A stretch of 63,098 nt of DNA, counting the filler, from Conidiobolus incongruus B7586 (lineage: Eukaryota): assembly GCA_000697335.1 (NCBI GenBank). It is 12 parts of 12 records of this genome, joined end to end, with 100 filler letters (N's around TTAATTAATTAA, not from the genome) between each part and the next. Parts side by side here need not be neighbours in the genome. Positions count along the whole stretch, not along the records: positions 22,001 to 28,579 come from JNEM01007387.1; positions 28,680 to 45,831 come from JNEM01007389.1; 10 more parts are not named here. One strand, given 5' to 3'. Under the pieces are notes generated by a model. It searched no databases. It was not told the origin of the DNA and worked only from the letters and a program-made list of their open reading frames with translations. Numbering within the stretch: position 1 is the stretch's first letter; each line of letters opens with the position of its first letter. Both the position numbers and the translations under genes were made by a program. Of this stretch, positions 28,001 to 40,493 are shown one piece after another.

Positions 28001-28579
28001 TTAATTTTTTTAGTTGATTTTAAAAATATTTAATTAGTTTAAAATTAAAATATTAAAGAAATTATTTTATAATAATTATTTTGTTATTATTAAGCTATTT
28101 AATAATAAAATTTATAGTATAGCAAAAGGTATTATCTTGTTAAAAAATAATATTTGATTTATTTAACATATATTACTTAATAGTTTTTATTAATTTATTA
28201 TTTAAAATATCTTAATATATTTTAATATTAATTCCTTTATTAATTTTATAAAGATACCTTATACTTAAAGATAATATATATCCTTAAATTATAATTAACC
28301 TATTATTGTATTTTTGGGTTGTAATAATATAATGGTTATAAAGTAATTTTTTATCTTTTTTGAAATATCTAGTTTTTCTATTAAATTTATTAAAATATAT
28401 CTTTATTTCATTAAACTAAATAACTTTACTCTTGTTAATTTTGGTTTAACTTTAGTATTAGCATTTAAACTCCTATTTAACTTTATAATAAAACTTTTTT
28501 AATTAAAGGTATTTTTTTAAAATATAAGTAGTATTTATTCTAATATAAAAAATATATAATAATATTAATATTAACTAAT
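22001..28579 (-). mobile_element. Tc1-like transposon (transposase on minus strand) interrupted by the Gypsy element; parts 22001-22147 and 27852-28579
   Basis: The minus strand reads IIF*QDNTFCYT (FQQDNAPCHT relic) and KLVDFIPYKLKEVRKAK...YTRY* (Tc1 C-terminus). Colinear with the uninterrupted copy at 59402-60278. Confidence 0.8.
22148..27851 (+). mobile_element. full-length Ty3/Gypsy chromovirus, hypermutated (LTRs 22148-22545 and 27457-27851)
   Basis: Direct LTRs of ~395 bp. PBS relic TAGTAGC (TGGTAGC, tRNA-iMet type), purine tract before the 3' LTR, TSD ATATC/ATATT. Relics in PR-RT-RH-IN-CHD order: VLIDF (~23922), YFNNILIY (25020), FTNSS (~25460), IK*IGY..T*EPLEN (~27330). Confidence 0.9.
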
Positions 28580-28679
28580 NNNNNNNNNNNNNNNNNNNNN
28601 NNNNNNNNNNNNNNNNNNNNNNNTTAATTAATTAANNNNNNNNNNNNNNNNNNNNNNNNNNNNNNNNNNNNNNNNNNNN

Positions 28680-29531
28680 TAAGATATTTTCTAAAAGTTT
28701 TAATATTAATTTTATAAGTATTTTATATATATTTAATTTTAAACTTAAATTAATAAATAAAAATATAACTTAAATATTATATATTTTAATTAAAATTTGA
28801 AAAAATTAAAATAGATATTATTAAACAAAACTTACTAAAATATTACTAGAAATTTAAGTATTTATAATAAATAATTATAATTAATGAATCTTAAATCTTT
28901 TTATATATTTTTTTATTAAATAATAAATCAAAATGTTAAATTAAGTTAAATTAACTTTCTTTATAAATATTTTTAAATAAATATTTTATTAATAAGCAAA
29001 TAATAATTATTATAATAAATTATAATAATATATATTACTTTTATTTAGTTTTTAAAGAAAAATCAATTAAAAGTAAACTTTATATTGCTTTTTTAAATAA
29101 AACTATCTTTAATTTATACTCTTAATATAATTTAAAACAGCCTATTATTCTATATAATAATTATAAAATAAATAAATTTAAAGTAATAAAAAATTTTCTA
29201 ATAAAAAATAATAAGAAAAAACTACCATATCTAGTATATTCTTTAGATTATAACCTATATGATCATAATTACTTTAGATAATAAAAAACCAAATTACAAT
29301 AAAAAAAATTTTTATAAAAAAATTTAATTTGTTTATAAAATATTAATTTTAATTTTTAATAAAACAATTATTTTTTAAATATTAAAAATTTGCTAAAAAT
29401 ATAGCAAAAAAATATTAATCATAAAAGAAACTATTGAAATAATATTATATATTTATATTTATATATCATATTCACAATGTTTATTTATTTTTTAATTTTA
29501 AAAAATTCCCTTTATTTAAAATACAAAGTAA
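28680..29531 (+). mobile_element. mariner-like family A copy, 3' part
   Basis: Colinear with 35320-36162. Right end TTCCCTTTATTTAAAATACAAAGTAA + TA. Confidence 0.85.
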
Positions 29532-29873
29532 TATTATTAGGTATATATAATTTAATTATAAAGTCAAAGGATAAACTAAACTTAAAAGAATAAATATAAA
29601 GCATATATCTTTACTAGTTTAAGTTATATTGATATAGTTATAATATATATAACTCAAATATTGCTAATGTAAATATACAATTTGACAATTGATATTATAT
29701 AAGGAAAAATATAAAATATGAATTTAAAAAAAATACTTGATAATTATCCATTGTCTAAAAAAGGAAAGTATATAATTTTGTCCCATAACCATTCAATTGA
29801 CAATTTAGGTTATAAATTGAAATTACATAAACCATTATTTATACTTATATCAAATATCATTTTTTTTAATATT

Positions 29874-31744
29874 ATGAAGTATTCTCCATTGACGACTTTA
29901 CCAGTAACAATAGCCGGATCGCGAGCAGGAGACCAATTATTTATTGAACTCAAACGGCTGTCAAGGAATTTAGATATTTTGGCACTCAGTAAAATTTTAC
30001 ACCACAGATTAATGGAAGACTCAGATCCTGCCAGCTTAATGTTGGAACTTTTGGATGCAATGAGCGAACCTTGGATGAAAAGTAAGCAAACACCATCCAG
30101 TTCCGAAAAGAAGATAAGTTATAGTATGGGTGCCTGCTTGGGAAACAAACAGGTGATAAATGAGAAATTTACCCTGTTGGCAAATTGGCGCGTATCTCCA
30201 GTTTTAAGTCAAGTTTTTTTAATGCAATCTAACCAATTTTTACCGATTGGAACGTTTATGGTATTTGAAAAATACGTTAATACTAAACAACCTAGCTTGT
30301 ACACCAACTACATGGAAAAAATTTTGGCTATTTATGATGGACTTTTACAATCTGGCCAACCTAAGGAGGCTGCCGAATGGTGTCAAAAACATAGATTAAT
30401 AGATTCGCTTCCATTTGAGAAAGGTTTAGGCTATTTTATAGAACAAAATGATCACACTCTTGTCCATCAAATTATCAGAAATCCCCCTGACTGCCTTCCA
30501 CAAGTTTTATCCCATTTAGATGGCCTATCTCATCAAGCCGCAAAACTACGTAAAGTTGGTGAATTTATTCCAAATTCAAAATCTGACAAAATATTAGCAA
30601 TTGCTGATCTACTTTTTAAAAAGGCAAAACCTGAACAAAAAACCATTTTTTCATCATATAAACATTTAAACCGTATTAAACTGATCCAAAGCTTAAAGTT
30701 TTTGTTAAGAAATCGCATTATGGAAGCTCATCTTTATAAAGGTCACTATAGACAAATTGTTCTCCGAAAGTGGGATATGTTGATTCAAAGATTATGCCAA
30801 AATGAGCCTTATCTTCAAAGACTTGTAATTGAGCGTATTTTGAGTTATGATCTTCAAGGTGCAAAATATCTTGAAAACACTTTTCACCTTAGAGGTCACA
30901 TTGATAAAGTTAAGAAAGCTGTATTTGCCCTGAGAAAGCCAAACCCTTTTGAAGGATTCAAAAAGCCTAATGGGGACCCACGCCAAGGCATTGCCTTCTA
31001 TAATCCTGAGCTACCACCTATTCGTTTCATTTCAACATTTCAAGACTTATTGTCTGTTCGCGACGAAATTCTCAAAGCTCCGGTTGTGGCATTAGACTCC
31101 GAATGGGTTCCAACATTTGGTGCGTATTCAGAAAAGTCAGGTCTTTCTTTGCTTCAAATCGGATGCTCCAAGAAAGATCCAACAAAAGGAAATTGGGATC
31201 CTTCGCAAGATACCAATGTTTTCCTCATTGACTTATATACCCTCGTTCTCAAAAATGAAAACACTAATGAAATCGAGGTTATTAGTCAATTCCTTTATAA
31301 CCTTTTCTGTAATGAATCTGTCAAACTTGGTTTCAATTGGAAAGCTGATACCAGTATGATTGCTAAAACTCATCCAAGCTTTGAAAAATTAAATAATATC
31401 AATAATCTCATCGATTTTGCTAATATTAAACTTAAGGTTCTACCCTTGAATGAAAACTGTACTGCGGAGAATGATGGTGACATCACTCCTCCAATTACCA
31501 AAATCAAGGGAGGATTGACAGGATTCATCGAAAGATATACTGGTAAAATTTTAGATAAAACGCAACAGATCAGCAATTGGGAATATAGGCCTTTAACATT
31601 TGAACAACAGAAATATGCAGGTATTTCTCTATATTATATTATCACTATATAATTTATTAATTTCATTATTTAGCATATGACGTTTATTCATTAATTGATG
31701 TTTATCCAAAAGTTTTGAAAGATGAAACAATTGAAATATTATAA
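29874..31744 (+). CDS. Mut-7/Nibbler (EXD3)-like DEDDy 3'-5' exonuclease, copy A (~605 aa; exons 29874-31620, 31674-31744)
   Basis: ExoI VALDSEWVP, LLQI, ExoII GFNWKAD, LDKTQQISNWEYRPLT. Splicing a GT-AG intron completes ExoIII YAAYDVY. ATG 29874 was chosen by comparison with the paralog's start. Confidence 0.85.
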
Positions 31745-33108
31745 ACTATTTATACTTAACAGAAAAACCTTTATCAAGCCAATATGATTATTAATTATTA
31801 GGTTTATTAGTAAATTCTGATCAATATTTTTACATAAATCCACAATAATTAATATAACTTCTATGCTGGTAATTTATTATAAGACTATATTGGATTTTAT
31901 TTATAAAATAATTTTTTGTTATATAATGCTAACCTCTTTTCCTGCAAAAGAGTGAACATATATTTTATTTTGAATTACTATTTGTCAAATTATACAATAA
32001 TAATATGAAATTAAATCGTTGATGCAATCCTTATTATTGCATTCAACATGATTTTGCAACCGTTTAGACTTAAATAATTTTTGATTATACAATAAAATAG
32101 AGAATTTTTATATATTTTAATCTAATTTTCATAAATTATAAAATAACATATTACTATGGTTGTAGGGCTAAATAAGGCACTCTATTACATTGTCACTAAT
32201 TTTTATAATTATATATTGCTGAATTTTATCAAATACCTGAATAAAAATATATCTTGTGTTTTGACTTAAAATGTAAATGAAAATGAAAGATAATTCAAAA
32301 ATAATTTCTAGATATATTTATTTGTAAAATTATAATTTTATTCAATAACTGAACAATTAAAGATTTATTATCTGTCAATTTTAGTTTAAATTTTATAACA
32401 TTATATCAGTAATAAATATAAGTAAGATTACTATATAATAAATCTGAGGCATGGTTTAAATATATGCAAACATAATTGTGTCTTAATTAATTTTAACTCT
32501 TTATTTTAAACAAGTATATAATAAAGAGATATTATTGTATAAATTCAAAATTTTATGAATTGCTATTATATTGATTTTGGAATATTCCAAATGCAATTCT
32601 ATTTTATATTATTAAGAATATATAATTAATATTAATCTAAAAATGATGCTTATTAGTATTTGATACATAATTGATATCAATCACTTAGAATTTATTCAAT
32701 TTTATTAAATTTTACATTTAAACAAAATTTTGAATATATGATGATATATCACTTGAGATAAATATGCATATAGAGATATTTGATGAAATTTTATACAATA
32801 TAAAAAATTAATTTCAAAATCAATTGAATTGCTTGGTAATATATTGATGAATAAGAAAATAAAACTTAATAGAATTAGAAAAACTTGCTTTTATTTATTA
32901 TTTTGAAACTTGAAAAAAATGCTATAAAATCATTTTTTTAATTCTGAAGGATTTTGAACATATTCTTACAGGGTTTTAATATTAAAATTACTTTGATTCG
33001 TTATGAAAAATATTTATGAGATTATTAATATAATTTTTAAATATGTATATTTTTCATTATAATTATATGATTTGAAAATATCTGTAATTTTTATAGATAA
33101 ATAAATAT

Positions 33109-33387
33109 TGTCTCTAGTGTCCTATATTTTACCCTTAAATGTCTGGAATTTTAAATTAAGAAAAGGGGTTCAAGTCCCTACCAACAATTTGTCTAAATAC
33201 TTTATTGATAGCAAACTAGATGAAATAATAACAGCTACTAAATTAATAAGTAACAATCCAAACTCTTGTGTTCTTATTCTGCCCTCTTTAGTTCCTTACT
33301 TTTGTTCAGTTAACACTGAACAAATCAGTTCTTCCATTGGGTTTGGACAGTTATCTCTAGTTAGAAATGGTGCTATTTTAACTTTCA
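33109..33387. mobile_element. possible solo LTR or tRNA-derived repeat relic
   Basis: TG...CA bounded, flanked by ATAT, CpG-free and locally richer in G+C. Contains a B-box-like GGTTCAAGTCC. Confidence 0.3.
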
Positions 33388-34169
33388 ATATATATTTAAT
33401 CATGATAGTAATATGGTTTATCAAATATGAAAATTAAAAAATAATGTATTTAAATTATAAATCCGAATTCTATTTTATAAGTTTAATTATCATTATATCA
33501 TAAATGAAAAGGAATTAGATATTTTATATAGATATTTATAATTTGATCATATAATTATAAGCCCTTAATAAATAAATTATCAATTATATGTTTTTTTCAA
33601 TAAATATAATATATCACAAAATTATTATTTTTTCTTAAGTGTTTGAAATAAATAATAAAATCCTTAAATGAAAGTTTTTTTGAATAATACTTAATATTTA
33701 AATTGTCATAAAATCAACATTTTTCATTCTTCTACAATAAAAATTTATGAAATATTGGTTTTTCATTTTCAGATTAATTGATTCGATACATATATTAAAA
33801 ATTCTTCATATTTTTATCATAAACACAAATGTTCACCTTTTGTACCAAATGGACTAATATATGATATTAAACTGTTGTTCTAATTATATTTAAGAAAATA
33901 GAGGAATATATAAATATTGAATTTGGTTTTAGTAGATTTTTAATTTGATTATACTTTTTTAGATACTTGATCACATTTTAGGAGAGGGGAATATTTATCA
34001 AACTAATGAAGTTTTATGACCAGAATTTTCAAATTACAATACCATAAAAATATTACCAATATATTTATATATAAATATATATGTTTCATATCTCTATCCT
34101 TTTAAGTTCAATTAACTATACCGAAAAATAATTCAAAATTCATCAACTAATAACCCGGATTTTTGAGCA

Positions 34170-34680
34170 CTTTCAGTTGTTTAATCGAAACCTGCTGATT
34201 GTTTATTTCATGAGCCTGAAGGATTTGCAAAATTAAAGATGATTATGAAATGAGTTAATTATTATTCCTCTCGCGTTTACTAAGTGGTGATGATCCTGCT
34301 AGTTTATTATTAAAATTATTGGATGTGATGTGTATTACATGAAAGATGGATAAAAAGATACTTACCGAAATCGATAAGGTTATCAGTTTTAGTGTGAGTA
34401 TTGCTGTTGGATCGCAACCAATGATATTTACCAATCTCTAATCATCTTCCAAGTAATAGGTTAATGACAGTTTAAGTCAAGTTTTTTTTGACATAACCAA
34501 ACTAAATTTTACCACTGTCTACTGAAACGCTATTAGATATTAATCTCAAATTTGGCCAAAATCACAATTACCCCAACTTTCAGGAAAAGATCCAAACAAT
34601 TTGCAACGGATTGATACAGATTAGACAAGCTAGAGAAGCTGCTAAATGACGTTTGAAATTTAGTTTGATTGATTTATCAT
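34170..34680 (+). pseudogene. truncated third Mut-7/Nibbler-like paralog (N-terminal region only)
   Basis: DDPASLLLKLLDVMCIT*KMDKKILTEIDKVISFSV and HNYPNFQEKIQTICNGLIQIRQAREAAK* align to copy B SDPASLILELLIVISDPWMNDKKIPGEIENKI and HQYPNFAEKIKSVYEGLLETGQAKEAVEW. Confidence 0.8.
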
Positions 34681-34843
34681 TTATATTAAGATAGTCCATA
34701 ATAAATATTATGTATCACTTATCACCTAATATATTCTATTGAATTATATCAATAGTTGAGAAAATAAAATGATTTAATATCTGATATTGGATGATATTAA
34801 GTTTAAGTGACTACAATTAAAATTTCATATAAAATAATTTTTA

Positions 34844-34949
34844 TTACCTTGAATTTGAAGAAATGGGAAATTTTTTAATTTTTGATTTTTCAAACATATT
34901 ATTAGTTTGAAATAAATAAATATATACAAAGTTAATAGGAAATTATATA

Positions 34950-34980
<31 letters not shown>

Positions 34981-36162
34981 ATAATTTTTTTGATTAAAAA
35001 ATTAACTTTTTAAAATTGGCTGTTTAATTTAATTATGTTTAAACTAAATAATAATCATCAAAAGTCTTTTATTTTAGTATTAGTAAAACTTAACCATAAG
35101 CCCTTTAAAATTATTTAAAATTTACAAGCAACTTTTAATAATAAATTATTATCTAAATTAATAATTTATTATTAGGTAAATTACTTTAAGGTTAAAAGAG
35201 AAACTATTTAAAACCTGTTAAAATTTAAAAAATTAACTTTAACTGTTATTTTTTTAATTGTTAATAAAGTAAAAAAATATATTGAAAAGTACCTTTTTAT
35301 TTTAGTTAAAGAATTATCTAAGCACTTTAATATTAGTTTTATAAGTATTTTATATATATTAAAGTTTAAACTCAAATTAATAAATAAAAATGTAAAATAA
35401 ATATCTTATAATTTAATTAAAGTTTAAAAAAAAGTTAAAGTAGTTATTATTAAATAAAACTTACTAAAATATTTTTAGAAGCTTAAACTTTTATAGTAAA
35501 TAATTACAATTAATGAATCTTAAATCCCTATATATAATCCTTTACTAAAACACAAATCAAAATGTTAGATTAAGTTAAATCAACCCCTTTTACAAATCCC
35601 TTTAAATAAACATTTTGTTAATAAGCAAATATTAATTATTGTAATAGATTATAATAGTATATGCTATTTTTATTTAGTTCCTGAAAGAAAATTAATTAAT
35701 AATCAACTTTATATTGTTTTTTTAAATAAAAGTATTTCTAATTAGTGTTCTCAATATAATTTAAGAAAACTTATTATTTTACATGATAATTGTAAAATTC
35801 ATAAATCTAAAGCTATAAAAAACTTTCTAATTAAAAATAATTGGAAAAAACTACTACATCTAGTATATTCTTTAGATTATAACCTATGTGATTATAATTG
35901 CTTTAGGTAATTAAAAAACCAGATTGTAAGAAAGAAAATTTTTACAAGAAAATTTAATTGGTTTGTAAAATATCAAATTTTAGTCTTTAATAAAAAAACT
36001 ATTTTTTAAGTGTTAGATCTTTACTAAAAGTATAGCAAAAAGTTATTAATAATAAAAGAAACTATTAAATTTATATTATATATTTATTTTAATATATTAT
36101 ATATTAAAATATTTATTTATTTTCAATCACAAAAAATTCCCATTATTAAAAATACAGAGTGA
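34844..36162 (+). mobile_element. complete mariner-like (DD34D) element, family A, 1319 bp, transposase inactivated
   Basis: TA on both sides. Imperfect TIRs TTACCTTGAATTTGAAGAAATGGGAA / TCACTCTGTATTTTTAATAATGGGAA. LHDNCKIHK (D at 35785) and YSLDYNLCD (D at 35890) are 35 codons apart, i.e. D34D. Confidence 0.9.
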
Positions 36163-36576
36163 TATTATAAATTGATTTTAAAAAATATAAATTTAAATTA
36201 ATTAAAAACTTAATAAGTATTAATAATTTTAATAAATATTATAAATTTATATTTTTAAATATATTATATATTTTTTTGAATATTATTATCTAATTTAAAT
36301 GTTTTTCAAATTATAAATTTAAAATGAGCTTAAGGAAAATAAATAAAGTTTATATATATTTAATAATAAAATTATACAATTTATTAGTTGGAAATATTCA
36401 TATAATAATTAATAAACTATATAAACTAAAAATAATTTAAGTTTTTATATATAAAACTATATAAAATATTAAATTAAAAATAAAAAAAACTTTTGAATTT
36501 AAAATTTATTATATATACAAAATATTAATTGAAAAAAAATATGTATAATAATTGAAATAATGAAAAAAATATTTTT

Positions 36577-38416
36577 TTATATAAATATTAAATTTTGATC
36601 ATTTAAAATTTTGGGATAAATATCTAATAATGAATAGACATCATATGCTGCAAATATATTAGTAATAATGATTAAGTATTGATTATTTATAATTACCTGC
36701 ATACTGTATTTGCTCTTGAGTGAGTGGTCGATATTCCCAATTACTGATACGCTGAGTTTTATCTAAAGGAGTATGGGTATAGTATTTCACAAGACCCGAT
36801 AATCCTCCCTTGATTTTAGTTATTGGTTCAGTATTTTTATCATTGTCTGTTGTGATAGGTTTAATAGGTGTTTTCAGTCGAATATCTGCAAAATCCACCA
36901 GATTATTAACAGTTTTAAGCTTATTGAAACTTGGGTGAGATTTTACTATCATATTGCTATCGGATTTCCACCCGAATCCTAATTTGGTAGATTGATTATT
37001 AAACAAATTATATAAAAATTGGCCAAAACTGTCAATTTCATTAGAGTTTTCATTAGCGGTAACAAGATTGTAGATATCCAAGAGGTAGATGTGACCATCA
37101 TTTAATAGATTCCAACTGTCACTATTTGAGTCGTAATTAGAGCATGCAATTTGGAGAAGAGAAAGGCTTGATTTTTCAGAATACCCACCAAATGTAGGCA
37201 CCCATTCGGAGTCTAATGCCACTAACGGAGATCTTAAAATATTTTCTTTAACCAATTGTAGATCTTGGAATGTTGCAATAAAATCGATGGGAGGTAGCTC
37301 TGGTTTGTAATAGAGGGTCTCTTCAGAATTATCAGCATTAAGTTTTTTGGATCCATCAAAATGGCTGGGCATATCCAAAGCCATTACATCGTCCATCACT
37401 GTGTTAATGTGGCCATCGATACCAAAAACACGTTCAAAATGTTCAGCGCCCTTAAGATCGTATCTTAAAATTCTTTCAACCGCTATTCTTTGCAAGTATT
37501 GGTCATTTTGGCACAGTCTCTCAATCAGTCGATCCCATTTCAAAATTACGATAGTTTTGTAGTGGTTACTATATTTATGAAAATCGAATAGGCGATTTTT
37601 CAATAAAAACTTCAAACTTTGTACTAATTTGATGAGGTTTAAATGAGTGTAGTTTTGAAACGTTAACTTTTGATCGATGGTAGCTTTCTTGTAAAGGTAG
37701 TCAGCAACCAATAAGCTCTTGAAAAATTTGTTGTATGATACAAGGAGTCCAGCTTTGCGCTCCCGAATTGGTGACCTCATTAATCCGTCCAAATATGCCA
37801 AAACTTGATGGAGATAGTCCGAATTATCCTTAATTAGGGAATGAATTAGGGTAGGATCTTTGTGTGTGGCGAAATATCCCAACGTCCTATCAAAAGGTAG
37901 GGCATCTACCAATTTGTACTTGACGCACCATTCTACAGCTTCTTTAGCTTGACCTGTTTCTAATAATCCTTCATAAACACTTTTGATTTTTTCCGCAAAA
38001 TTGGGATATTGGTGAGTTTGGTTCATATCAATATATCGTTCAAAAACCATTGCGGAAGCAAGTGGCAAAAGCTTACAAGATTGTGCGAAAAATACTCGAC
38101 TTAAATTTTCACTAGCATTCCAATTTGGGGGTAATCCCCAATTCTTATTATTTAAAGTTTTCAACCCTAAGATAATACCTATAGTCACGCATATTTTATT
38201 TTCAATCTCTCCAGGAATTTTTTTATCATTCATCCATGGATCACTAATTACAATCAGCAATTCCAGAATCAAACTAGCGGGATCTGAGACTTGAGACATT
38301 TGGGAGTGTAATAATTCACATAGTACTAAAATATCGGAATTTTTATCTAATTGTTTAAATTCTTCAAATAAACGGACACCTAATCCTGATTCTATCACGT
38401 TAACTGTTAAACTCAT
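36577..38416 (-). CDS. Mut-7/Nibbler (EXD3)-like DEDDy 3'-5' exonuclease, copy B (~596 aa; exons 38416-36697, 36647-36577)
   Basis: VALDSEWVPTFG, GFGWKSD, LDKTQRISNWEYRPLT, spliced YAAYDVY. The intron is at the same position as in copy A. Confidence 0.85.
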
Positions 38417-39937
38417 AATTTTTATAACTTTTATAATAGATTTATTAATATTTTTATTAAAATCTTCAATAATTGATATATTCAAATTATTATAATCGAA
38501 TATTTTAATATTTCATTATGGGATCATTAAAATAATTGGGGTAATATTTCAATTACCATAAATAGATTTAAAAATCTACTAATTACTTAATTGGATAAAT
38601 TTTAAATATTGTTTCCTAATTTGATAAATTAATAATCATCAAATTTCTACTTTCTATCAAGTTCAAAATATTTTCTAATTGAAAAAATAAAGATAATATA
38701 ATAATTAATTCATATTAATTTTTTCTAATGTTTATTGAATAATTATAAATCCACTTTTAGATTTATGTATTATCTGATGGGACTGTAAAAATTGAAACAA
38801 AAATGATTTATGTCTATATTAATTAATAAACTAAAATTTGATTGATTTATTCATTTTACATTATTTTTAAAATAAATTATACCTAATTTATTTCAATTTG
38901 ATTTAAAGCTGTGAATCTAAAAAAATTCACAGTAATTTAGCTATTTTGAACTTAATGCATTTTTAATTCTTCAATTGCATTAATAAAATAATATTTTTTA
39001 ATTTAATATTATACTCCTTCAATTTTAACAAATGTGTTTCAAATTTTTATCGCATTATCAATATTAATATAATTCTTTACCAATTAAAATTTTTAACTCG
39101 AATATTTGATTGATGTCCGTTTACCAATTCATTTTGAAGTAAATATTGAATAAAGTGAATATTATATTAAAAACATGTTAATTTTGAAAAATCAAAAAGA
39201 AATCAGTTATGTTCATTAAACTATTAAGTATTTTTTCATCAATTTTTATATATAACATGGCAAAATTCATTTTATATATAATTCACACTAAATATTTTGT
39301 ATTTCAAAATTGAATTATTAAAAATCAACTCTAATTTGAGTTATAATATTTTGAAAACAAAGTAATTTAATTAAATAATTTATATTAATAATTGATTTAA
39401 TAGATATTAAATCATACTAAATTCGTAATGGTGATGCTAAAATATTATTTGAATCTGTTATCCATTTGTTTTCAAATTTATGATATTTCCACTAATGTAT
39501 CTATAAGATTTACCTTTTTGAATTTGATTTTTAGCTATTGATATACAATCAACCGAGTTCCATTAATATTAAGGAATCATTAATAATTAATACCATAAAT
39601 TGTATTTATTTAGTTATTTTTTGAAATATGTTGAATAATTTATAATATAAATTAATGAGTATATTTAGTAACATATTAATGATCCAGCATATCACTTATA
39701 AATCCAACTTGAAATAATATTCAAAATGATGTAATAATTTAGTATAATCCAGTTATTAGGAATTAAATTTAATTACCAAACTCGCTAATATCCATTCATT
39801 TTTGTCCATAATTGAATAAAGTCGCATTTAACTAATACAAAAATCCCATGAGAATATTATTGAATAAAAAATAAATATAAAATTCAAAGTGTGATATTAA
39901 AATTTAACTGTCAAACTTAAATTAATTAGTTACAAAA

Positions 39938-40438
39938 ATGTTTTCAAGTAAGGAACCTAGCTTGCCAATTCGTACACCTTATTACAACAAGTTGGACAAA
40001 CCCAAGTACAGCTACCGTGATAAGAAATACATCAAGTACGTAGTCATCTTCGGTCTTATTTTGTTTGGGTTTTATTTGTTTTCCTCTCCTGAACCAATTG
40101 AAGAAAGCGTGAATGGTAAGTTTGGAATTATTTGGAATGAGTTAAGTGATGACTAAAATTAGTTCATATTTAGGTGATAATCCTGGTACTGAAGGTTTAA
40201 ACGTTGATACTGCACCACCAGTTGCTGCTCCTCCAGCTCCCAGACCCGCCGATATTCCTCTACAAGCTGTCAACCAGCCTGGTAAATTTTGAATTTTTGG
40301 TTGAATTTTTACATATATTTATGGAATGTTTTAGAACCTGAACCTAATGATGCTAACAACGCTAACGGTGGCAAACCTAACTCTTCAGAAAATACTGAAA
40401 ATCAAACTCAAATCCCACGTAATTTCTAACCATTTTTC

Positions 40439-40493
<55 letters not shown>

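Noticed and set aside
29718..29873. ORF-track N-terminal extension of exonuclease A (and 38417-38485 of B)
   Set aside because: AT-rich and UTR-like; homology between the paralogs starts only near the downstream ATGs.
33160..33190. Intact tRNA gene
   Set aside because: Only a T-arm-like motif is present; no D-arm, anticodon arm or acceptor stem was found.
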